NCBI GenBank assembly: GCA_951406725.2
Contig: OX597820.1
Location: 81,592,001-81,656,000, forward strand
From: Octopus vulgaris
Lineage: Eukaryota
Length of the DNA: 64,000 nucleotides
Reading direction: 5' to 3'
Under the pieces are notes generated by a model. It saw only the letters and a list, made by a program, of their open reading frames with translations. It did not search any database and was not told the origin of the DNA. Shown piece by piece: positions 52,841 to 64,000 of this stretch. The position numbers and the translations under genes are program-made. The number at the start of each line of letters is the position of its first letter. Position 1 is the first letter of the stretch.

Positions 52841-54760
52841 ACTCCTAGAAAAAGATGGTTCACTCACAAGAAACCCAATGAGGATAGGTGAAACACGAAA
52901 TGAGCAATTCAGAAGTATTTTCACTCTACCCTTAGGACACTTGCAAGTCAGCAATGCAGCTGACTTTTTTTTACCGCTGCAGGTATAAAAACAGAGGCAG
53001 TGATGATTGATTACATCAATATACAGGAAGACGATGTAATAAGGGCTATAGATGAAATGAACTCAAACTCAGCTACTAGCCCGAATGGATTCCCAGCAAT
53101 CCTTCTAAAAGCATGCAAGCGAGTCCAAGCAAGACCACTGCAGTCCCTCTTTCAGAGCTTCCTTGCAACTGGAAAACTTCCAAGCAAGCTGAAGGAGGGT
53201 AATATGCCCTATTCATAAAGGAGGTGGCAGAGCAGAGATCAAAAACTACAGACCTATCTCTCTGACCTCACACATCAGCAGTGTCATGGAACGAATAGTC
53301 AGAAGAAAACTAATCACCTTCCTTGAGGAAATTGATTTGCTGACTAACACCCAACATGGTTTCCAACCAGGAAGAAGCTGCCTGACTCAGCTCCTACAGC
53401 ACTATGACTGGGTGCTGAAACAACTGCTCAACCACTCAGATGTGGAAGTGATATATCTCGACTTTGCAAAGGCCTATGATAAAGTCGATCATGGAATGAT
53501 TTGTCACAAACTACGTGATCTCGGCACTGTCGGAAAACTGGGAGAATGGCTGCATGACTTTCTGAAGGTTAGCAGTCAGGTGGTAGTAGCCAATGGGGCA
53601 ACCTCCAATGACAGGCAAATAGTGAGTGGTGTTCTGCAAGGCACTGTTCTGAGACCACTACTGTTCATAATGGCCCTCTAAGATATGCCCTCAGCCACAT
53701 AGAGAGCCACGATCACAAGTTACGCCGATGATACAAAAGTCTCACAGGTGATACAGAACCCTGAAGACACTATGCACCTGCAATGTGAGCTGGATGAAAT
53801 ATATAAGAGGGCTGAAAAGAACAGCATGTAGTTTAATTCTGAAAAATGTTATGATGCACGTTTGGATGCCTTCTACTCAACTCGACTTCTCTCGACTGTC
53901 TAGACTTCTCCCTCTATATCTACGTATTGGGCTAGCCTACTTCATCGTCTGGGGGCGTCCATACAACAAAAAGTTTCAAGCCTTGTGCTATCAGCATGCA
54001 AAACTAGATGCAATACCCAATAAATACACTGGACCTGGAGGGATAGTCAGCAATTCCAGAGACATAGTCAGTACGAGACATGGGCATTTACATGAGTTAT
54101 GATGCATCCTTCCATGTGCATGTTGCTAAGTTGGCAATGAAAGCAGGCAGCTGACCGGATGGATTCTTAGAACTTTTAGAACAAGAGATCGAGAAACCAC
54201 GATGGTCCTCTGGAGGACACTTGTCCTAAACGACTTTGACTGTTGCTCTCAGCTATGGTCACCAACCAGTGTCAAATTAATTTCAGAAGTTGAGGCAATC
54301 CAACGACGCTACACGAAGAAAATAGACTCTATGCAGCATTGATTAAGACTCTATTCCTTAGAGCGTAAGTGAGAAAGATATGCCATAATATACATCTGGA
54401 AGATCCTGGAGGGGACCACTGCATAGTACGAAGGACTTCATCAAGATATAGGACAAGATACTGCAACACTCTGGGTTTCAGGAAACCGCAGCTCTTCAGT
54501 ATCATCTCGAAGGACCTGAGAACCTGCATGGAGTGGATGTAGGTATCTCAAAATAGAACTGGACCTCTCGCTGTTAAGTGTCCCAGATGAACCAACTACA
54601 CAGCAGGAAGTGCAGAAAAGGGCATCGGCATCAAACACCTTCATGCGCCAAATGTCAATTTCTAAAAAGAATTAGTGAAGCAAAATTATGTAGAAACACC
54701 AAACGCGGTGCCTCAGCATGATCTCAGCTCATGAGCTGTAACTATATCAAATCAAAATCA
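52841..54760 (+). mobile_element. CR1-group LINE, second 5'-truncated copy
   Basis: ORFs 53000-53218 and 53286-53681 are colinear with 44761-45984 ('QHGFQPGRSCLTQLLQHYDWVL', 'YADDT'); tail GCGGTGCCTCAGCATG at about 54705-54720. Confidence 0.92.
53847..53968. mobile_element. Short solo-LTR-like insertion (122 bp)
   Basis: TGTTATG...CATACAACA termini; interrupts the LINE 'NSEKF' codons; flanked by A runs; absent from the other LINE copy. Confidence 0.65.
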
Positions 54761-54774
54761 TACACACACACATA

Positions 54775-54907
54775 TTTGGTAGACAGTTTCCATCTACCAA
54801 ATCCTCTCACGTAGAAGACACTTGACCAAGTTGCCAAGCAGTGGGAATGAACCCGAACCATGTGGTTGGTAAGTAAGCTACTTACCACACACCCACTCCT
54901 GCACCTA
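54775..54907 (-). mobile_element. SINE family A, 5' half
   Basis: Matches 49810-49962. Confidence 0.8.
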
Positions 54908-55089
54908 TATATATATATATATAGTTGAAATTTATAGAAATAGACGAAAACAAAGGAATAAGAGAAAATAAACAGAGACAGAATGAAAAAACCTGTAGAT
55001 TTCAGTGGTCTAGCATAGTGAATGAATGGAAGAAAAAGTGGTTGGAAGGAAGGGAGATAATAATGATGATGATGATGATGATGATGATG

Positions 55090-55223
<134 letters not shown>

Positions 55224-55227
55224 TCGT

Positions 55228-55345
55228 AAAATGTACATGCAAGTGGCTGAGTACTCCACAGACACATGTATCCTTGCAGTAATTTTCAAGGAAAATCAGT
55301 GTGACACAGAATGTGACAAAGCTGGCTCTTCGAAATACAGCTATC
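55228..55345 (-). mobile_element. SINE family D, internal fragment
   Basis: AAGTGGCTGAGTACTCCACAGACAC..GTGACACAGA..GTGACAA matches 63575-63680. Confidence 0.7.
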
Positions 55346-55504
55346 ACACACTTTTGTCAGCTGAGTGAACTGGAGCAATGTGAACTAAAGCGTCTTGCTC
55401 ACGGAGACACTTTCCCGCTACGTATCGAATTCAGGATATCGAATGTGAGCTGGCTACTTCTAACCACTGAGCCTCACATCTTCACACACTCACACACACA
55501 TACA

Positions 55505-55542
<38 letters not shown>

Positions 55543-55628
55543 CATACACATTCTTTTATTCTAATATTTTTTATTTGTCTTAGACATTTTTGACCGCGGC
55601 TATGCCGGAGCACCGACTTGAAAATGGC

Positions 55629-55700
55629 CTCATCGGCGTGGAATGGAGCCCCGTTCTCCTGCGTGACAGACGGAAATACTTACCACTATACTACCGAGGA
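55629..55700 (-). pseudogene. tRNA-Asp(GTC) pseudogene or tRNA-Asp-derived retrocopy
   Basis: TCCTCGGTAGTATAGTGGTAAGTATTTCCGTCTGTCACGCAGGAGAACGGGGCTCCATTCCACGCCGATGAG aligns end to end with the eukaryotic tRNA-Asp consensus; T-loop, anticodon stem and acceptor stem carry mismatches. Confidence 0.85.
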
Positions 55701-55706
55701 TTGACA

Positions 55707-55805
<99 letters not shown>

Positions 55806-55841
55806 TATGTATATATATATACACACATATATATATACATA

Positions 55842-55873
<32 letters not shown>

Positions 55874-56679
55874 CATACATACATAGACGTACACACACTC
55901 ACAATGCACACACACACATACACACACGTACGCACACATGTATGTTGTAGCGTGCACAGTATGTCACAGTATGTCTCATTATTACTACCTACGTAATAGC
56001 TGTACTATAATAAAGTCCATTAAATAATTCTCAGCTAAATTCATATAATGAGTCAAGCATTGCCAGGCACAGCAGAGGCCGCCTGTATTCGTTCGATCTA
56101 CGCGATACGCCGCCTCCACTAAAATATCTTTTATCTTCCCACTCTGGTAACACCTCTGTTGACATACTTGCTAATTATATACACTCATTTGCACCAATTC
56201 CTGGGTTTTTTTTTGTATATTCTATTTATTTAGTTTCTTTCTGGGTTCGGGATTATTTTCCCATAGTTTATCTTATTTTATATTTTGTAAAAAGAATTAA
56301 AATAAAAAAGTATAAAAAAGATTGCATACAAATGTGTGTCTACAGTGATGAACGAGACTGATGTTAATGTTAATATAGGCACTTATATTCATCCTCCCTC
56401 GTAAATACACTCACGCACACGCGCTCGAGCACGCATTCATATATACACATAAACACATAATTAGATATGTTCCTGTCACTGCATACTCTGCTTTACGTCT
56501 TGAGTTCTTTCTCTTCAGTTCGTAAAATTAAACGCCCTAGTCTGTGCGTGCATTTTTGTATATATGCATGGATGTGCGTTTACTTATGCGTGTGAATATG
56601 TTTTGTGCGTGTGTGTGTGTGAGTGTGTATGTATGTATGTAAGTATGTAAGTATATATATATATATGTAAACGTTAAAA

Positions 56680-57000
56680 AAAACACAAACTGGGACAAGA
56701 ACGTGAAACATTTTGAAGACGACAAAAAAACACACAGACGGGACTTTCGAAGCTCTCAGTCATCAGTCAAGAACCAGATCATCTTCGCAATTTCGGCTGA
56801 TTAATCTTGAGATTGCTCCAATCTGGGCAGCCCGCCAAGGGAAATCTAAGCCAATCGCATTAGATTCCTTGGAAGAAAACCTCGAAAGTATACAACACGG
56901 TGACGGAAAAACGAACGATGTTACTCGAAAAAAATTCAAAAATACGATAGCACGGATAAGAATACAAAATAACGTAAAAACAATAATAACAAAACCAGGA
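56680..57000. repeat. Interspersed repeat family shared with 46575-46920
   Basis: Shared blocks as listed for 46575-46920. Confidence 0.7.
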
Positions 57001-57004
57001 CGTC

Positions 57005-57072
<68 letters not shown>

Positions 57073-57437
57073 GATAAGATCATTAATTAAAAATAAAATA
57101 ACGATCTTATCAAGCGGCCAGCATGGAAACAATAACCTTCAAAGGTAATAATTATTAATATTATAACTTAGGGTATCTACGATATATATATATACCAGAG
57201 TAAGCACATGAATGTGAAGCAAGGTTGAAAAAAATAGTTCTCGAATACCGGAGGTAGAGTAATATGCTTTATTAACAAAGCGGCAAAGACATCACAAAAG
57301 CTGTTACCCAGACATTCTCGTTTGAGATCCTCAACCAAAACTGTCCAACGAACGTAAACGTAAAGTATATAGATATGTATACATACATATATATACATAT
57401 ATATATGTACATATATATATGTGTGTGTGTGTGTGTG

Positions 57438-57519
<82 letters not shown>

Positions 57520-58749
57520 ATACAAAAATGGGACAAGAACGCAAAACATCCGGACAGTTAGGTGATATAAAAAAGGGACAACAAAACAGCCAGGCAGTCG
57601 ATAGATATAGGACGAAAGCTGCCGTTGATTAGCTCCAAGAGGTCATCGCCTCTAGCTAGCTATATGACATACGAAAAATAATTACATTAAAAATAAGATA
57701 AATAGTAGTAAAACTGTTTGGCTCATTATTCCATACGGAAGCAAATTAAATCTAATCTCCCATTGCAGTTTCATGAAGCTATTATTAGGAATTTTCCAAA
57801 GAATTCTTGGTATTACTCTATTACTCACATACGGTTAGGATTGGTTTTTCCAACACAAAAAAAATCTCTTACAAATTATCTCTTCACATAATAAAAACTG
57901 TTAAATATTAATACATTTACTAATACTATCATTAATTTAGCTAGTACCATCCATCCCTCTAGAAATATTAACAACAAGGTTAATGTATCTGAAGTCAATT
58001 CCAATAGAATTAAGTTTATGTCAAGTAACTCTAAAATTTTAAATTCTATATACCAGTGTAACATCATTACTCGTAATAAAGTATTATTTTATATTGGAAG
58101 CACGCCGTTACAGTTATCTAAAGTATTTCTATCCATTACACAACATTTAGGGATAGGAATAAACGTAACAGTACAGGGCTCAGTAAATTAATTTGAGATC
58201 TAAAAGACCACAACGAACAATTTAATTTAGAATGGTTGATTCTCTCAATCTCGATACGTTATGACAAAGGCAAGGAATTCTGTCTTCTCTGTAATTCTGA
58301 ACTATTTTTCATTATTTTTTTCTAAAAATCCTCTAGTAAATACGGTTATAGAGCGTGCATACCGATGTAAACATTGGCAAAATACACCTTTAGTTCATAT
58401 AAGTAATCTCTATCATTATATATAATTTAAACATTAATTTTCTTTTTATATTTAACATTCACTAAAAAATATCCCTCTTCCTATAGGCTACCTCTGACGT
58501 TATAACATATAACGTTTTTTTTCAAACAATATTAAAAGTGTTCAGTAATTCACTATACATGTCCATAATTTTCTGTTAAAATGTCTTATTGACGAGTTTC
58601 ATTTCTTCACTTCCCTGAAGGGAAGATTACATTGTTTTACACCATTGATTCCTTTGGAATAATATAAGTAATATCTTCGAAACATGTGTCAGAAGTAAAA
58701 GTATTTGAATTAAACATGCGTTAAACTCCATTTATATATATATATATAT

Positions 58750-58804
<55 letters not shown>

Positions 58805-59803
58805 CGTACCTATATACAAACACACTCACACACATATATATATATAGAGAGAGGCAGAGATGAGATAGATAGATAGATCAGCATTCACATATAGGGGATA
58901 TATGAAATTTGAGAGACCTGTTATGTACTGTGGCAAAATTTACTCAACAAGATAGTTTTTAGAAGTTTCTTTATTCGATGCGGAAATGAATGAGAACCTT
59001 TCCATAAGAGTAAGCGAAAGAGGGAAAGGAAGGAATGGAAAGCATAAAACATTTTGTATTCAGATTATGTAATATTTACATGCATATGCACATATGTATA
59101 CACACACAGAGGCATACATTCCGTCTACCAAATTCACTCGCAAGGTATGATGTCGTGCAGTAGGACAAAACCTGAAACCACGTGGGGGCAAAGGTAGAAT
59201 TTTCACCCATACCCATATAAATTTAATTTTGTATCGATTTGAAGTTGTTACAGTCTGTAGTTAGTGGTCATTATGTATAGTAGTATTTCATCCTTTTTAG
59301 AAATCTTCAGTATGATAGCTTGTAAATTTGTTAATAAGATATATTAAGAAGAAATACATTAAAGTGAAATATTTTCATGTTTTTTAAGAGAAAGTCATGG
59401 GTTTAATAATTGAGAGAGGGGGAGAAAGCTCATAGAGTTTGCATATAGAATAATACCAGTTTCCGAGATGTTCCACTTCGTAAAAGTGTTTTGTAGTATT
59501 AGATAATTACAACATTAATTACAAACGATTTTAAAAACCTTCATCGATATTCGTTAGGTGTAGCATCTATTTTGGTTGTTGTTTTCTAAAGTCAATCAGG
59601 CTTCCATTCATAAATTCACGCACACGGATCAACTTTAGAAGCTACGAAGAGATTTATATGAAACGATAATCAACGCTATTCAAAAATGTGTGAGGCCCTC
59701 TGGATGGCTATTATTATAAAATGAGGTATCTGTCTCCACACAGCATGAAGCAAAATTAGAAATTTGAATTTGAAGTTAAGGAATATAAGAAGGATGCAAG
59801 GAG

Positions 59804-59850
<47 letters not shown>

Positions 59851-61492
59851 ACACACACACACACACATTGTTTTAACATTGCAACTACCGAAATGTGTTA
59901 TGACACAAGCAGAAATAAAGCATCCATATTCGATCCCGAATCAATTGGTCGGTTGCCCAGCCATGTGGAAATTAAATAGCTTATGAAGTTTTATAAACTA
60001 TTTTGTATGAACACTAAACTCCAATTTCAACATGCCAATCGAAAAAAAAAACAGAATACATAAAAATGAAAATAGCAGTTAGTTTGCAAACTGAAAGTTC
60101 AGTAATATTCATAATTTGAATTCCTTATTTGCATAATAATCAGGAGATCGAACAAATTAACCGGGAAAATATTTAATATCTAAATGAAGCGCTCACGAAG
60201 ACTGTTCCAGACACGACAATGATAAACTTGAATTACAAGAAAAAAAATGACTCCAGTCACTGACACTTTCATATTGAATGACTGGAGTAATTTTAGCCTT
60301 TAGCAAATCCTTTAGCAAAATTCGAGCTCATGTGGATAATGGATGATTCCTTGATTCCTTTTTAGTTGTGGCATTGGATAACTTCGAGTTCACCATAGTA
60401 TCTTTAAGGAACCACTGTTGAAGAAAGTACAAAAACTTAAGCAGAGTGTAAATAACGTCTGCTTGAATCTTTATAGCCGTTCTAAAACAGAGAAACTTGT
60501 ATGCATTCAAGTGTGAGAATTGAAACTTTTCTCTTAATCTGTGACGCTCTCTATATTTGAATACAGAAACATTTTGGGGTTTTGAGGAGTGGAATATTGT
60601 AACTAACATAAACTTTCATAAGGTATTGTCCATGATGATTCAAATTTGGTTTCAGCTGAGATCGACATGCAAGCAGCTTATCATTTCCTCTACAACGTAA
60701 AACATACTTATCTGTAATGTATCGCTGAGATATTCTAATATATTCTATTGTATGCTGCATAATTTGGACCCTAGAATATTTTACCGCAGCTGTTGATATA
60801 ATAAAAAGCTAGTTTCCGTGTTCAGTTACAATAGCTACATTTTTTTTTATTTTCATTAAATATTCAGGCATCTCTGAATGAACCTTACTGAATGCAAAAC
60901 CTTTTTTTGTCTTATCAAAAGAAATCATTAAGTTGTTGTCATTTAACCAAAGGTTAACCAAGATATCATCCAAATAATTTTAGGCGAATCTAAACCGTCT
61001 TTTCTTTTTTAAGTTTAGAAAGTATAGTTTGAGGGATATTTAGTTGCTAGTTCACTCTGGACAAGTGACCACTCAAAGTGGCAAATGGTTGAGTAGACAA
61101 GGTGTCTGAATGAGAGCTAATGATTGAGACTTTAATTTTGTTAAATACGCTTTATTATGTCAGACGATACGAGACAGAAAACCACGCCAGTCTTTTGGAT
61201 CAAGTTATTGCTTATCATAGATAGCGGAGTCTAAAGGTCAGAAAGCGGGACATATTTTGCCTTCCCCTGTATTTAAAATATATAAAAAAATTTATGCAGA
61301 TATGACAAATGATACTCTCCAGGGAATAGCAAATGGACGTTTTAAAAACATGGGTGTTACAAAAGAATATGCTTGATTGTTATTGCAGACATCTAAAAAG
61401 CACCGTTAAGAAAAGAATATAAGCCTTAACTGTTTATAAAAAAGAAACAATATTTATGAATAATGATTTTATAAACAGTGCATGTGTGTGTA

Positions 61493-61605
<113 letters not shown>

Positions 61606-61629
61606 TTGTGTGTAGATTTTGTGTCTCTA

Positions 61630-62005
61630 CAGACGTGGCAGTGTGGTAAGAAGTTTGTTTCGCAGCCTCATGGTTCCGAGTTCAGTCTCTCTGTGGCATC
61701 TTGGACAAGTGTGTTTTATAGTCACGGGCCGATCAAAAGCTTGTGAATGGATTTGGTTGACGGAAGCTGAAAGAGGACCGTAGTCTATACATATATTTCT
61801 ATGTGTGCGTCTGTGTGTCTGTGTTTAACGACCGGTGTTGGTGTTTACGCCCCCGTAACTTAGCGGTTCGGCAAAAGCACCAGATAGATTAAGCCCCAGG
61901 CTTGAAAAACTATGTACTAGGGTTAATCCATTCAACTAAAAATCTCTCCAAGGCGGTGTCCCAGCATGACTGTGGTCTAATAATTCAAACAAGTAAAAAA
62001 TAAAA
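61630..62005 (+). mobile_element. SINE family A, diverged full-length copy
   Basis: Head and tail (GGCGGTGTCCCAGCATG..AAACAAGTAAAA) are recognisable. Confidence 0.8.
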
Positions 62006-62487
62006 GACAAACAGTATATTTTATCTTTTACCTGTTATAATTCTGATTGCTTGAGACGTATAAAGATTCATGATGAAACCGAGAAGAAATCAATTGGTGT
62101 CTGTATGTACGCGTGTGTTTCGATACGTAGTTATGTGCGTAATGTTAAATGATATAAAATGCAATAAAATAAGATGGAAAGATATAAATAAAACAGTATC
62201 ATGAGATAAGAGTTTAAAATAAAATATAAAGAATAGTCATGAAACTGTGAGACGCTTCCGGGGGAAAAAATCGTTGGAAAACGGATTATAGCTGTGACTC
62301 GATCAATTCCTAGTGTTACCTGAAGAAGGAATAGTTATATACCGAAATTTTATATCAGACTATGGATGATTAAATTATAACAGTTATTATAATCCATTGT
62401 TGTTGTTATAGTGCATTGTTGTGGCATTCAAAACACATTATTTTTTACAAACAATACACAATGCTTCAAGCGAACTACAGTATTTTC

Positions 62488-62551
<64 letters not shown>

Positions 62552-62640
62552 ATATCTATATATATATATATATATATATATATGGAGAGAGAGAGAGAGA
62601 GTGAGAGATAGATAGATATATAGATAGATAGATAGATAGG

Positions 62641-62671
<31 letters not shown>

Positions 62672-62909
62672 GTTTCTTTATTGGCCACACAGGGCTACAC
62701 ACAGATGGAACAAATTACAAGGTAGAGCTTTTCTTTTGGGGGATGAAAAAAACAAAAAAACAAAAAACAAAAGAAACAAAAAAAAGATAGATATAGAGAG
62801 AGAAAAGGTCACCAGAATTTTGGAAAAAATATTTTTATCTATTCATTCTTATTAGCGCTTTCGTTCGTTTCTGGAACGTGTGTGTGTGTGCATATTTATA
62901 TGAATTTTT

Positions 62910-63260
62910 TATTGTTTACTTGTTTTAGTCAATGCCCTTCGGCCATGCTGGGGCACCGCGTTTTAGTATTTGGTCGAAGAAACCGACCCAGCGTTTATCT
63001 ATTTTTAATCTGCTAGGAATTACATCAGTACTTTTGCCGAACCGGTAAGTTACGGAGTCGTAAGCAAACCAAAAACAGTTGTCGGTGGGTAGTGGGGTAG
63101 AAGCACAATAACACACATACACTCGTCTGTTATATCTATATATGATGGGTTTCCACACACTTTCTATCTACTAAAGTCACAAAGAACGTATTAGTCGGCT
63201 ATAGATATGTGCCCAATGTGGTGCACAGTTGAACTGAACCCGAAATCATGCGGTTGAAAA
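62910..63260 (-). mobile_element. SINE family A, diverged copy
   Basis: TTTACTTGTTT..GGCCATGCTGGGGCACCGC..TTTTGCCGAACCG..ACTGAACCCG. Confidence 0.7.
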
Positions 63261-63494
63261 TCGACAATAACAACAATAACAACAACGCGACTAACAACAA
63301 ACCAACAACAACAACAACTACCATGATCGCAGCAGCTTGGGCGAACACACAAATACAGTGTATTACAAGAACGATACAAAATGTCGGATAAAAAGGCAGC
63401 AGCAGCGGTAACGGGGCAAGGAACATGGTTGAGGGGAGGGTCATAGCATTACTAAGTACAATGACACAAACACACACACACATACACACACACA

Positions 63495-63876
63495 TGGAAG
63501 CACTCCGTCGGTTACGACGACGAGGGTTCCGGTTGATCCGATCAAAGGAACAGCCTGCTCGTGAAATTAACGTGTAAGTGGCTGAGCACTCCACAGACAC
63601 GTGTACCCTTAACGTAGTTCTCGGGGATATTCAGCGTGACACAGAGAGTGACAAGGCCGGCCCTTTGAAATACAGGTACAACAGAAACAGGAAGTAAGAG
63701 TGAGAGAAAGTCGTGGTGAAAGAGTACAGCAGGGATCACCACCATCCCCTGCCGGAGCCTCGTGGAGCTTTAGGTGTTTTCGCTCAATAAACACTCACAA
63801 CGCCCGGTTTGGGAATCGAAACTGCGATCCTACGACCGCGAGTCCGCTGCCCTAACCACTGGGCCATTGCGCCTCC
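63495..63876 (-). mobile_element. SINE family D, full length (tRNA head, Deu/Nin-like central region)
   Basis: A box TGGCCCAGTGG, B box TTCGATTCCC, central CACTTACACGTTAATTTCACGAGC; (CA)n on both sides. Confidence 0.88.
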
Positions 63877-64000
63877 ACTACACACGCATACACACATACG
63901 CACACACACACACAAACAAACACAGACGCATACGCATATGACGATACACATCATAGAACAAAATAGAATAAGCAGAGCAAGAGCACACACGAGGACGGAA

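Noticed and set aside
56738-56772. Minus-strand CTGATGA...GAAA-GTC as a hammerhead
   Set aside because: No credible stem I or stem II pairing in this copy.
57700-61450. Possible old PLE (57700-58690), hAT (60000-60800) and other DNA transposon (61100-61450) relics
   Set aside because: Only isolated weak motif resemblances; a profile search is needed.

Overview
Repeat-dense eukaryotic DNA, most likely intergenic or intronic sequence from an octopod cephalopod. That assignment is an inference from the tRNA-derived SINE families and the extreme (TA)n/(TG)n/(AAT)n load. I can support no intact host protein-coding gene; almost all listed ORFs are microsatellite translations or transposon relics. 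The window is a nested stack of mobile elements. DNA transposons: Tigger/pogo, Tc1, mariner (complete, TA-flanked), maT/DD37D, hAT (one with an 8-bp TSD) and a Helitron. Retroelements: an internally deleted Gypsy, a short solo LTR, CR1-group, RTE, Tx1 and R4/Dong LINEs, several Penelope-like elements (PLEs) and at least three SINE families. The most striking layer, invisible in the ORF track, is catalytic RNA. There are at least six sequence-distinct type I hammerhead ribozyme (HHR) motifs. They include an apparently intact one at 2347-2434, a compensatory U3-A8 variant inside a 367-bp retrozyme-like unit at 49038-49490, and a family that joins a tRNA-like Pol III head to an HHR-bearing Penelope terminal repeat. 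Also notable: a SINE/LINE pair sharing a 3' tail, a tRNA-Asp copy fused to that tail, and an R4-type LINE sitting in a (TACA)n tract. All calls come from reading the sequence by eye; no searches or folding programs were run.
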